Position numbers and translations under genes: made by a program | Part shown: positions 27,106 to 35,267 of the stretch, piece after piece | Numbering within the stretch: the first letter of the stretch is position 1 | How the letters are laid out: the number at the start of each line of letters is the position of its first letter | Assembly (NCBI GenBank): GCA_964200875.1 | Contig: CAXNDA010000001.1 | Span: 1 to 35,267 of the forward strand | Origin: Chloroflexota bacterium | GTDB lineage: Bacteria; Chloroflexota; Dehalococcoidia; SHYD01 | Direction: 5' to 3' | Length of the DNA: 35,267 nt | Notes under the pieces: generated by a model | The model's database searches: none | What the model was told of the DNA's origin: nothing | What the model saw: only the letters and a program-made list of their open reading frames with translations

Positions 27106-27371
27106 GCGTACAACTCCTGTGTCTGGTCGAGATACCAGTGAAGGTCGAGTCCCTCACCCAACGGCTCATCAGGGTAGCGAGTCCGGATATATAGGCGATC
27201 AAGGCCGTGAAGCAGTTTCTCCTGGGCGGCCTCGAGCCTTAGACCGAGGGTGTGGGCGAGGCCCGGAAGGCTATGGGTCCGAAGCGGTTCGTCTTCGCGG
27301 CGCTCTGACCAGACCGCCTTCAGCGCTTTCTCAACGCACTGTTGACAATGGAAAAGCAGGTGCTCTGGCAC
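27081..27371 (-). CDS. HEPN domain protein as called from the GTG at 27371. It is probably a 5'-frameshifted gene whose original start is the ATG at 27460.
   Basis: LLFHCQQCVEKALKAVW and IRTRYPDEP are HEPN (PF05168-like) blocks. The same frame stays open upstream to the TAG at 27462-27464, encoding YSWLRYAEADLATATLLHRERG (the HEPN N-terminal helix) without an ATG, GTG or TTG. AAGGAGG plus an ATG at 27460 lies one frame off. Confidence 0.6.
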   Translation of the reverse strand: MPEHLLFHCQQCVEKALKAVWSERREDEPLRTHSLPGLAHTLGLRLEAAQEKLLHGLDRLYIRTRYPDEPLGEGLDLHWYLDQTQELYAWLRQQLT

Positions 27372-27489
27372 GCCGCGCTCCCGATGGAGAAGTGTCGCGG
27401 TGGCTAAGTCAGCCTCAGCGTAACGCAGCCAAGAGTAGGTCTTCGGCTTCGTACCCGCATACTATCACCCTCCTTCGCAGAGCGCGACA

Positions 27490-28275
27490 ATGATCCTGCC
27501 CACCGTGGTCGCCCACCGCGGCGCTTCCGGCGACGCGCCAGAGAACACCTTCGCGGCGTTCGACGGAGCGCTCGCTGTCGGTTGCCCCGACATCGAGCTG
27601 GATGTGCAGGTGACTCGCGACGGCGTGCCGGTAGTGCTGCACGACGAGACCTTGTGGCGGACCACCGACGTTGCCAATCACCCTGGACTGGGTAGTCCTT
27701 CGACAGGCTCAGGACGAACGGATGGGATGAGGGTCGACGCTCTGACGCTGTCGCAGCTTCGTACCCTCGACGCCGGCTCCTGGTTCGGCAGTCAGTTCGC
27801 TGGTCAGCCGGTGCCGTCCCTGGAGGAGGTGCTGGCCCGCTACGTCGGTCAGGCCCGCTTCACGGTGGAGATCAAGGTGCCTGGCGTGGGGCTCGAGGCG
27901 AAGGTGCTGGGCCTGCTTACCCGCTACGGCATGCGCAGCAGCGCCAGCCTCTGCTCGTTCCTGCCCGAGGTCATCGCCGAGTTAGAGCCGGTGGTTGGGT
28001 CGATGCCCGTGTGGTTCAACGTCCCCGAGCTAACCCAAGCGTCAATTGTCGAGACGCTACGCCTGCGCGCCTCCGGGATCGCTGCGCCGATAGCGACGCT
28101 CACGGCGGACGCGGTGGCCGAAGCCGGTGACCGTGGCCTGCAGGTGGCGGCTTGGGGCGTGGCCAGCGAGGCCGATGTGCAGCGGGCCACCGAGTGGGAG
28201 CTGGACCGGGTGATCTGTGACCGGCCGGATGCCGTGCTTGGCCTGATGAACCGACTGACCGCCGTGCAAGGCTAA
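27490..28275 (+). CDS. Glycerophosphodiester phosphodiesterase (GDPD family)
   Basis: Motifs: VVAHRGASGDAPENTFAAFDGAL, IELDVQVTRDGVPVVLHDETLWRTT, FTVEIK. There is an extra segment at about residues 63-80. Confidence 0.85.
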   Translation: MILPTVVAHRGASGDAPENTFAAFDGALAVGCPDIELDVQVTRDGVPVVLHDETLWRTTDVANHPGLGSPSTGSGRTDGMRVDALTLSQLRTLDAGSWFGSQFAGQPVPSLEEVLARYVGQARFTVEIKVPGVGLEAKVLGLLTRYGMRSSASLCSFLPEVIAELEPVVGSMPVWFNVPELTQASIVETLRLRASGIAAPIATLTADAVAEAGDRGLQVAAWGVASEADVQRATEWELDRVICDRPDAVLGLMNRLTAVQG

Positions 28276-28276
28276 C

Positions 28277-28810
28277 ATGAACGGCGAAATCTACGCGATT
28301 CCCGAGTCGAAACACGGTGGCCTTGCCGTGATGCCGCGCCCCCGTTCAGCCGACTGGCTGGAGGACGAGGTGTACCTCTGGAGCAACCTTCGAATCGGTA
28401 CGGTGGTCTCGCTGCTGACGGCCGACGAAGTCTTGCAGTTGGTGCTTTCGGAGGAGAACTTGCTGTGTCAGAGCCTTGGCATCCGTTTCGAGTCTTTCCC
28501 CATCCCCGATCGCGGGCTGCCCCAGTCGCCCGAGGCGTTTGTGGGTTTGGTGGGCCGGGTACAGGGCTATTTGGAGGCGGGGGAGCGGGTGGCCGTGCAC
28601 TGTAGGCAGGGCGTCGGCCGTTCGGGTATGGTGGCAGCGAGCATCCTCATCGCCCAGGGCTACGGCATCGATCAAGCCTTCGGTTTCGTGGAGCAGGCTC
28701 GCGGGATGCGGGTGCCCGACACCGAGGCGCAACGCGAGTGGGTGCGAGCGATTGCCCCGCAGCTGCAAGCATTGCGGAACCTTGGCGAAACGGAACCAGT
28801 GACATCATGA
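28277..28810 (+). CDS. Cysteine-dependent (dual-specificity/PTP-like) phosphatase
   Basis: 177 aa with the CX5R active-site loop VAVHCRQGVGRSGMVAA. There is a 1-nt gap after the GDPD stop. Confidence 0.75.
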   Translation: MNGEIYAIPESKHGGLAVMPRPRSADWLEDEVYLWSNLRIGTVVSLLTADEVLQLVLSEENLLCQSLGIRFESFPIPDRGLPQSPEAFVGLVGRVQGYLEAGERVAVHCRQGVGRSGMVAASILIAQGYGIDQAFGFVEQARGMRVPDTEAQREWVRAIAPQLQALRNLGETEPVTS

Positions 28811-29127
28811 GCTTCTTGCGACGTTGGTTCGCCCGCAAGCCGGCCGCACCGCGCACCGAACTCAACCTGCTGGTGGTGGACCAGCAGTGCCTGCGGGCGT
28901 TGTTCGATGAGCGCAGGTCGCTCAGCGATGACGAGGTGACCGCTGCAGTGCTGCTGCAACGGCCGGAACTGCTACCGATGGAAGTGCAGGCCTCGCTATT
29001 CAAGCTGCGCCAGCACGGGCTGGTGGACCGGGATGAGCTGGCCCGGCACCGCGTCACCAAGGCCGCCCGACGTCTGCGGGATATCATCCCGGAACGGGCT
29101 ACTAGCAATATCGTGTATTACGGGTAG
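28807..29127 (+). CDS. Hypothetical small protein (106 aa), possibly a winged-helix-like fold
   Basis: The ATG at 28807 overlaps the phosphatase stop (ATGA), and the ORF ends 3 nt before the carB ATG. I recognised no family. The segment SLFKLRQHGLVDRDELARHRVT is vaguely wHTH-like. The track's longer form from 28738 lies inside the phosphatase gene. Confidence 0.45.
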   Translation: MSFLRRWFARKPAAPRTELNLLVVDQQCLRALFDERRSLSDDEVTAAVLLQRPELLPMEVQASLFKLRQHGLVDRDELARHRVTKAARRLRDIIPERATSNIVYYG

Positions 29128-29130
29128 GGC

Positions 29131-32100
29131 ATGAGCAAACCGTCGAAAGTTCTGATTATTGGGTCGGGCCCCATTGTGATTGGCCAAGCAGCGGAGTTCG
29201 ACTACGCGGGTACCCAGGCGTGCAAGGCCATGCGCGAGGAGGGGGTGGTGTCGGTGTTGGTCAACTCCAACCCGGCCACCATCATGACCGACACCGACAT
29301 CGCCGACATCATCTATATCGAGCCGCTCACGGTGCCGGTGCTGGAGCGCATCATTGCCCGCGAGCGGCCGGATGGCCTGCTGCCTACGCTCGGCGGTCAG
29401 ACCGGCCTGAACCTGGCGGTCGAGTTGGCGGATGCCGGCATCCTTGAGAAGTACAACGTCCGCCTGCTCGGCACCCCGCTCGACACTATTCGCAAGGCCG
29501 AGGATCGGGAGCTGTTCAAGGTCCTGCTGCAGTCCATCGGCGAGCCGGTACCGCCCAGTCTGACGGTGACGAACGAAGAGCAGGCCGAGCAGGCCCTGCG
29601 CGACATCGGCCTGCCCCTGGTGATTCGGCCCGCCTATACGCTTGGCGGAACGGGTGGCGGCATTGCGAACACGCTGGAGGAGTACCACCGGTTCGTCGCC
29701 AGCGGTTTGCTTGCGAGCCCCATCGGGCAGGTGCTCGTCGAGCGGAGCTTGGTGGGTTGGAAAGAGATCGAGTACGAGGTGATGCGCGACAGTGCCGACA
29801 CCTGCATCACGGTCTGCAATATGGAGAACTTCGACCCCATGGGTGTGCACACCGGCGACAGCATTGTGGTGGCGCCCAGCCAAACGCTGACCGACAAGGA
29901 ATACCAGACGCTGCGGACCGCGAGCCTTAAGATCATTCGGGCGCTCGGTATCGAGGGCGGTTGCAACGTGCAGTACAGCATGGCGCCGCGGCCGCTGCGG
30001 GGCGAGACCTATAGCCCCGACGGCATGCACACACCGTACTACGTCATTGAGGTGAACCCGCGGGTAAGCCGCAGTTCGGCGCTGGCCAGCAAAGCCACCG
30101 GATATCCCATCGCCCGCATGGCCGCGAAGATAGCCGTTGGCAAGCGCCTTGATGAGATTACCAACCCAGTAACCGGCGTTTCCACCGCCGCCTTCGAGCC
30201 GGCGCTCGACTACTGCGTCGTCAAGATCCCGCGCTGGCCCTTCGATAAGTTTGCCAGCGGCGACCGCACTATCGGCACCCAAATGAAAGCCACCGGCGAG
30301 GTCATGGCCATCGGCCGGACGTTCGAGAGTGCGTTGGGCAAGGCAATCCGTTCGTGGGAGGTCGGCGGCCGCACCCTGCAGTGGGAGGACGCCGCCTGGG
30401 GGCTCGACCAGGCCGTGAGCCCTCAGCAGGTGATGGACCGGCTGCCGTTGCATCCCACCGACGAGCGGCTGTGGGCGCTGATGGCAGCCCTGCGCCGCGA
30501 TGCAACCCCGCACGACCTCTCGCTGCGGACGGGAATTGACCTCTGGTTCCTCGACAAGTTGCAGGGCCTGGTGCGGATGGAGCAGCGGCTGTTGTCGGAA
30601 CCACTGACGCGCGACCTGTTGCTTGCCGCCAAGCGCCTGGGCTTCTCCGATGACACCGTCGCGCAACTCAGTGACAGCTCCCGGACGTCCGGGCTTTCCG
30701 AGCGGGTGCGGGCGCTGCGCAAGGAGTGGGGCATTGTGCCCTCGTACAAAATGGTGGATACCTGCGCTGCCGAGTTCACCTCGGCCACCCCGTACTTCTA
30801 CAGCACCTACGAGGCCGAGAATGAGGCGACGCCGCTGGCAGGGCCAAAGGCCGTCGTCATCAGTAGCGGGCCGATCCGCATTGGTCAAGGCATCGAGTTC
30901 GACTACTGTGCGGTGCACGCCGCCTGGGCGTTGGATGGCGCTGGCTACAAGAGCATCCTGGTGAACTCGAATCCCGAGACCGTGTCGACCGACTTTGATA
31001 CCAGCGACCGTCTGTACTTCGAACCGCTCGATGAGGAGAGCCTGCGCAACATCATCGAGAACGAGGCAGTCGAAGGCTCGCCCGACGACCTGCCGGGCAG
31101 CATCACGCAATTTGGCGGGCAGACGGCGATCAATCTGGCAGGCCCGCTCACCCGGGCCGGCCTCCCGATGCTCGGTTCGAGCGCCGAAACGATTGACGTC
31201 GCCGAAGATCGCCGCCGGTTCGAGGCGTTGCTCAGCGGGCTTGGCATTCCCCAGCCACCGGGCGCCGCGGTGACCCAGGTGAAGGATGCATTCCCCGTCG
31301 CCGATGCGATCGGCTACCCGGTGCTGGTGCGGCCGAGCTACGTGCTGGGTGGGCGCGCCATGGAGATTGTGTACAACCGGGAGGACCTTGGGCGCTACAT
31401 GGCAAACGCTGTAGAGCTTTCGGACGGGAAGCCCATCCTCATCGACAAGTACCTCGAGGGCAAAGAGGTCGAGGTGGACGCGCTCTGCGATGGCGAGCAG
31501 GTGCTGATTCCGGGCGTCATGGAACACATCGAGCGTACCGGCGTGCACAGCGGCGACTCGATGGCCGTGTACCCCGGCATCAACCTGACGCAAGTAGAAG
31601 TCGACACCCTGGTGGAGTACACCACCCGCATGGGGCTTGCCCTCAACGTGCGGGGGCTCATGAACGTGCAGTACGCCATTATTCCCAGCCCCGACGGCGG
31701 GCCCGCTACGGTGTACGTTATCGAGGTGAACCCGCGAGCAAGCCGTACCGTACCGTTCTTGTCGAAAGTGACCACGGTTCCCATGGTGCGCATCGCCATC
31801 AACATCATGCTGGGGAAAACGCTCGCTGAGCAGGGCTATCCCTCGGGCCTGTGGAAGCGCCAAGGCTTGGTGGCCATCAAAGCCCCGGTGTTCTCCATGT
31901 CCAAACTCTCCGGTGTCGATACCTACCTCGGTCCGGAGATGAAGTCGACGGGCGAAGTGATGGGGGTGGATTCCACCTTCGACGCTGCTATGGCTAAGGC
32001 GCTGCTGGGCGCGGGCATGATGCTGCGCCCCGACTCCGCCATTCTGCTGAGCATTGCCGACCGCGACAAGCCCGAAGCCACGCCGTTGCTGCAGCGCCTC

Positions 32101-32442
32101 GCGGAGATCGGCTGCGCCCTCTATGCCACCGAAGGCACCGCCGCCTACCTGCGTGGCTTGGGCATTGAGGTCACGATGGTGCCCGCCAAGATCGGCGTGG
32201 GGCATCCCGACGTGGTGGATGTGATTCGGGCCCGCAAGGTGACGGCGGTGATGAACACCGTGACCGGCGACCGTACGCCATTACGCGACGGTTTCGAGAT
32301 CCGTCGTGCCGCGGCCGAAATGCACATTCCTTGCTTTACCTCGCTCGACACTATGGCTGCGGCCGTGCGCTCGCTCAGCAAAGAGGGCGCCGCCTACAAT
32401 GTGCAGCCGCTGAAAGAGTACATCGAGGGGGGGCGGAGCTAG
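29131..32442 (+). CDS. carB: Carbamoyl-phosphate synthase large subunit
   Basis: 1103 aa with duplicated ATP-grasp halves ([25 protein letters not shown] and [24 protein letters not shown]), [19 protein letters not shown] and [16 protein letters not shown], and a C-terminal MGS-like domain. Confidence 0.95.
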   Translation: MSKPSKVLIIGSGPIVIGQAAEFDYAGTQACKAMREEGVVSVLVNSNPATIMTDTDIADIIYIEPLTVPVLERIIARERPDGLLPTLGGQTGLNLAVELADAGILEKYNVRLLGTPLDTIRKAEDRELFKVLLQSIGEPVPPSLTVTNEEQAEQALRDIGLPLVIRPAYTLGGTGGGIANTLEEYHRFVASGLLASPIGQVLVERSLVGWKEIEYEVMRDSADTCITVCNMENFDPMGVHTGDSIVVAPSQTLTDKEYQTLRTASLKIIRALGIEGGCNVQYSMAPRPLRGETYSPDGMHTPYYVIEVNPRVSRSSALASKATGYPIARMAAKIAVGKRLDEITNPVTGVSTAAFEPALDYCVVKIPRWPFDKFASGDRTIGTQMKATGEVMAIGRTFESALGKAIRSWEVGGRTLQWEDAAWGLDQAVSPQQVMDRLPLHPTDERLWALMAALRRDATPHDLSLRTGIDLWFLDKLQGLVRMEQRLLSEPLTRDLLLAAKRLGFSDDTVAQLSDSSRTSGLSERVRALRKEWGIVPSYKMVDTCAAEFTSATPYFYSTYEAENEATPLAGPKAVVISSGPIRIGQGIEFDYCAVHAAWALDGAGYKSILVNSNPETVSTDFDTSDRLYFEPLDEESLRNIIENEAVEGSPDDLPGSITQFGGQTAINLAGPLTRAGLPMLGSSAETIDVAEDRRRFEALLSGLGIPQPPGAAVTQVKDAFPVADAIGYPVLVRPSYVLGGRAMEIVYNREDLGRYMANAVELSDGKPILIDKYLEGKEVEVDALCDGEQVLIPGVMEHIERTGVHSGDSMAVYPGINLTQVEVDTLVEYTTRMGLALNVRGLMNVQYAIIPSPDGGPATVYVIEVNPRASRTVPFLSKVTTVPMVRIAINIMLGKTLAEQGYPSGLWKRQGLVAIKAPVFSMSKLSGVDTYLGPEMKSTGEVMGVDSTFDAAMAKALLGAGMMLRPDSAILLSIADRDKPEATPLLQRLAEIGCALYATEGTAAYLRGLGIEVTMVPAKIGVGHPDVVDVIRARKVTAVMNTVTGDRTPLRDGFEIRRAAAEMHIPCFTSLDTMAAAVRSLSKEGAAYNVQPLKEYIEGGRS

Positions 32443-32445
32443 CCT

Positions 32446-33798
32446 ATGGAACCCAACGCGCACGAGGCGTTCGAGCGCATTCGCGCTGAACTGGAAGAGG
32501 GGCGTGTGGCAGCGGCGGTCGCGCTGCTGCAGGCGCAGCACCCGGCCGACGCCGCCGATGTGCTGCGGGCACTCGACGAAGAAGACCGCGTGGTTCTGAC
32601 CCCGCTTTTGGGGCCCCAGACCATCGCCTCTATCGTCCAATACCTGGGTACCGAGGATGCCGCCGATCTGGCGAGCCGGCTGGACCCCGCCATGGCAGCA
32701 GAGGTGCTCGATCACTCAGAGCCGGACGTCGCGGCCGACGTATTGGGCTATATGGACTCGCTGCAGGCCGCCGAGGTGCTGGGGCGAATGACCACCGCAC
32801 AACGGGTCGGTCCGCTGCTGCTCCATGAGGACGACAGCGCCGCCGGCGTTATGACGCCAGACTTCATCAGCCTAGAAGCCGGCATGACCGTAGACGAAGC
32901 GCTGCAGTACTTGCGCGCCGCCAAGCCCTCCTCGGCCAGTGCGTACTACATTTACGTTGTCGATGCCGATCGTCAGCTGCTTGGCAGCGTCAGCCTGCGC
33001 ACGCTCGTCGTTTCGGGGCCGCGGGTAACCCTGCGCTCCATCATGAACCCCGAGGCGATTTCGGTACCGGCGGGCACCGACCAAGAGGAAGCCGTCCGCC
33101 TGATGCGCCATTACGACCTGCTGGCGCTACCGGTGGTCGATGACAGCAACCGGCTCATCGGCGTCATTACGCCGGAGGACATGGCCGATGTCATGGACGA
33201 AGAGAGCACCGAAGACATGTACCGGTTGGCCGGTATCCCGAACGAGGAACGGGCACTGGGACCCGTACGGGAATCACTACGGCGTCGGGTGCCCTGGCTG
33301 TTGGTCAACCTCTGTACGGCGTTCCTGTCGGGTTACGTCGTGTCCCTGTTCTCTCACACCATCGAGCAGCTTTCGGCCATCACCATCTTCATGCCGGTGG
33401 TAGCAGGGCACGGCGGGAACACCGGAACCCAGGCAGCGACGATCATGGTGCGCAGCTTGGCCCTGGGCGAAGTAACCTCCGGCGACACGCGCAGAGTGTT
33501 GCAGAAGGAGATAGCGTTCAGTCTGATACATGGCACTCTTGCCGGTGTGCTCGCGGGCGCCCTCGGGTTGATCCTGATCGGGAACCCCTGGCTCGGCCTC
33601 GTGGTGACCATGGCCATGTTCGGCAACATCATCTTGGCCGGCTTCGTGGGGTCGCTCATGCCCATGTTCTTGCGGATGGTGGGCCTTGACCCAGCGCTCA
33701 TGTCTTCCATCTTCCTGACCACCTTCACCGATATCGGCGGCTTCTTGTTATTGCTCGGGCTGGGGACGGCAATGCTCTCCCGGATCACGGGAGGCTAG
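32446..33798 (+). CDS. mgtE: Magnesium transporter MgtE
   Basis: 450 aa. The N-domain is acidic and helical. A CBS pair follows (VMTPDFISLEAGMTVDEA; LALPVVDDSNRLIGVIT). The TM domain carries FMPVVAGHGGNTGTQA and FTDIGGF. Confidence 0.9.
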   Translation: MEPNAHEAFERIRAELEEGRVAAAVALLQAQHPADAADVLRALDEEDRVVLTPLLGPQTIASIVQYLGTEDAADLASRLDPAMAAEVLDHSEPDVAADVLGYMDSLQAAEVLGRMTTAQRVGPLLLHEDDSAAGVMTPDFISLEAGMTVDEALQYLRAAKPSSASAYYIYVVDADRQLLGSVSLRTLVVSGPRVTLRSIMNPEAISVPAGTDQEEAVRLMRHYDLLALPVVDDSNRLIGVITPEDMADVMDEESTEDMYRLAGIPNEERALGPVRESLRRRVPWLLVNLCTAFLSGYVVSLFSHTIEQLSAITIFMPVVAGHGGNTGTQAATIMVRSLALGEVTSGDTRRVLQKEIAFSLIHGTLAGVLAGALGLILIGNPWLGLVVTMAMFGNIILAGFVGSLMPMFLRMVGLDPALMSSIFLTTFTDIGGFLLLLGLGTAMLSRITGG

Positions 33799-33799
33799 T

Positions 33800-34567
33800 C
33801 TGAAGCTGGTCAACGCGCCCGTTGTTTCGAATCAGGCCGCATACCCCGGCGTGAACCTGATGTGGTTGGACGCTCCTGAGCTGGCGTTGAACGCCCAGCC
33901 GGGACAGTTCGTCATGCTCCGGTGCAGCGATACGTTCGACCCGCTGTTGCGGCGGGCGCTCAGCATTCACCGCATCCACCCGGAGCCCGGCCGCATCGCC
34001 GTCCTATACAGTCTTGGTGGCCCGGGTACGGGGTTCTTGCAGCGGCGGGTGCCGGGAGACACCGTCGATGTACTTGGACCGTTGGGCCAGGGGTACACCG
34101 TGCGTGCGCAATCACGAAATCTGCTGCTGGTGGGTGTGAGTTGGGGGCTGGCGCCGCTCATCGCCCTGGCCGAGCAGCAAGTATTACACGACCGTCCTGT
34201 CACGCTGCTGGCGGGCGGCGCCACCGCCGCGCAGGTGCCCCCCAGCGAACTGGTGCCCCCCCAGGTGGAGTTGCTGGCCGCGACTGCCGACGGCAGCCTC
34301 GGCCATCACGGCGAGGTCACTGACTTGGTGAAGGACTACTGGACCTGGGCCGATGACGTGTTCGCGTGCGGCTCGATGAGCTTCTACCGCCAGCTTTCCC
34401 ACGCTGTTGAAGGCGCCTGGCCCCGCAAGCGCATCCAGATTCTGGCGGAAACACCTATGGCCTGTGGGGTAGGGGCGTGCTTCGCCTGCACGCTGGAAAC
34501 ACGGCGGGGACTCCTAATCGCATGCCGCGAGGGCCCCAAGGCCTATCTTGATGACCTTTTGTTCTAG
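33800..34567 (+). CDS. pyrK: Dihydroorotate dehydrogenase electron-transfer subunit PyrK (start uncertain: CTG at 33800 preferred, GTG at 33851 is the first canonical start)
   Basis: Motifs: PGQFVMLRC, RRALSIH (FAD motif), and the Cys cluster MACGVGACFACT...IACREGP. The frame is open upstream of 33851 and encodes LKLVNAPVVSNQAAYPG, which resembles the usual PyrK N-terminus. GGGAGG at 33789-33794 lies 5 nt before the CTG. Confidence 0.8.
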   Translation: MKLVNAPVVSNQAAYPGVNLMWLDAPELALNAQPGQFVMLRCSDTFDPLLRRALSIHRIHPEPGRIAVLYSLGGPGTGFLQRRVPGDTVDVLGPLGQGYTVRAQSRNLLLVGVSWGLAPLIALAEQQVLHDRPVTLLAGGATAAQVPPSELVPPQVELLAATADGSLGHHGEVTDLVKDYWTWADDVFACGSMSFYRQLSHAVEGAWPRKRIQILAETPMACGVGACFACTLETRRGLLIACREGPKAYLDDLLF

Positions 34568-34645
34568 GGGGCACCCCAGGCTGAGCAGCAGCAAGTGGTT
34601 CAACATTGCGATTGTTTGGTTTACACCCGCTGGGCTGCAGCATAC

Positions 34646-34674
34646 TTGTGGTTGAGTGTTCGGCTCAGTACAAT
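34646..34674 (+). promoter_or_regulatory. Possible sigma70-type promoter for the MarR-family gene (TTGTGG, 17-nt spacer, TACAAT)
   Basis: Hexamers at 34646-34651 and 34669-34674 with exactly 17 nt between them. The spacer is locally AT-richer, and the site lies ~50 nt upstream of the ATG at 34725. Based on motif match only. Confidence 0.3.
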
Positions 34675-34724
34675 TACCTCCACTTTGGCGGATTAAAACC
34701 TTACCGAGAAACGTGGGAGAGTGC

Positions 34725-35267
34725 ATGAGTCAGTTTGAAATCTCGCCCGATGGGTTGGTGCGCGAGACTACTGTTGCCCAGATTGTGGATCGGTTGTGCG
34801 AGGTGTTTCCGGAAACGGAGCCGCTTGCAGCCGAGGCCAATCTCATGGTCGCCCGAGCCTTCGGCGCGGTAACCGGCGCGGTGGCCTCCTATTGGGCCGA
34901 ATTCGGTTTGACGGGGCACCGCTACAATGTGCTGCGCCTCTTGCTGCTGGCGGATAACAAGCGCTTACCCATGAAGGAAATTGCCGCCGGGCTGAACGTC
35001 GGCACTACCAATGTCACCAGCCTGATCGATGGACTTGAACGGGATGGGCTGGTGGCTCGCGTGGGGGCTTCGGACGATAAACGGGTAACCTACGCTCAAC
35101 TGACCGGCGAGGGCGAGGAACGGCTCTTGGCCGTGTACCCTCACAGCTCCCTCAGGTTGCGCAACGTGTGGTCCGCCCTGTCCAACGAAGAGAAGCGGAT
35201 ACTCATCCATCTGCTGGCCAAGCTTCGCATGCATATGCAGCAGGCGAGTCTCTCAGCCGACACCCTG
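34725..35267 (+). CDS. MarR family transcriptional regulator; the 3' end runs off the right edge
   Basis: Absent from the ORF track because no stop lies in the window. Manual translation from the ATG at 34725 (GGGAGA 5 nt upstream) gives MSQFEISPDGL...GHRYNVLRLLLLADNKRLPMKEIAAGLNVGTTNVTSLIDGLERDGLVARVGASDDKRVTYAQLTGEGEERL. This is the MarR wHTH pattern, and the frame stays open for 181 codons to the last base. Confidence 0.8.
   Translation, partial: MSQFEISPDGLVRETTVAQIVDRLCEVFPETEPLAAEANLMVARAFGAVTGAVASYWAEFGLTGHRYNVLRLLLLADNKRLPMKEIAAGLNVGTTNVTSLIDGLERDGLVARVGASDDKRVTYAQLTGEGEERLLAVYPHSSLRLRNVWSALSNEEKRILIHLLAKLRMHMQQASLSADTL

Noticed and set aside
26684-27493. A 269-aa plus-strand ORF spanning the HEPN/MNT region, starting inside the carA stop region.
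   Set aside because: It is antisense to two recognisable domains (MNT and HEPN). Its N-terminus (GPLPLWERAGVRA) is simply the translation of palindromic repeat copy C, and it has no family features.
28996-32205. A 1069-aa ORF antisense to carB, the longest non-annotated ORF in the track.
   Set aside because: It lies entirely opposite a confidently identified carB. Its translation is low-complexity (rich in G/A/R/H/V/L) with no motif I recognise. Long antisense ORFs are an expected artefact when the sense gene has GC-rich third codon positions.

Overview
GC-rich bacterial chromosomal window. I saw no rRNA, tRNA, CRISPR array, transposase or integrase. GC content was judged by eye and taxon was not assigned; both need a computation or search. 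There are three blocks. (1) 1-15864 is a two-armed cell-envelope glycan locus. The minus-strand arm (1-9219) runs GH-like hydrolase, GT-C (ArnT/PMT-like), Wzy_C, UDP-glucuronate decarboxylase, Wzy_C, UPF0104 flippase-like protein, GT4. The plus-strand arm (10308-15864) runs Gmad2 lipoprotein, GT4, GT4, GH-like paralog, GT2. rsmG sits between the arms, and most junctions are 4-nt start/stop overlaps. No priming phosphoglycosyltransferase, Wzx/MOP flippase, ABC exporter or chain-length regulator is visible, although the left edge is truncated. This is my best candidate for an undescribed system: an Arn-pathway-like, GT-C-dependent extracytoplasmic glycosylation or polysaccharide route that may use a UDP-xylose-derived pentose. 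(2) 15845-21476 is a minus-strand housekeeping run: gatB, membrane-anchored yvcK, secG, an orphan family-5 solute-binding protein and a DUF62 SAM hydrolase-like protein. (3) 21477-34567 is a pyrimidine operon carrying several passenger genes. It starts with a PyrR-binding RNA element and a leader ORF, then pyrR-pyrB-GNAT-pyrC-carA. A convergent HEPN/MNT toxin-antitoxin pair follows, and the HEPN gene looks frameshifted at its 5' end. Then comes GDPD, a Cys-phosphatase, a small ORF, carB, mgtE and pyrK. pyrK probably starts at a CTG, and no pyrD follows it. A MarR-family gene runs off the right edge. Short GC-rich palindromic repeats occur in intergenic spacers and, apparently in frame, inside coding sequences (GNAT N-terminus, PyrC, GDPD). 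All family assignments rest on motifs recognised by eye in the translations. No database search was run.
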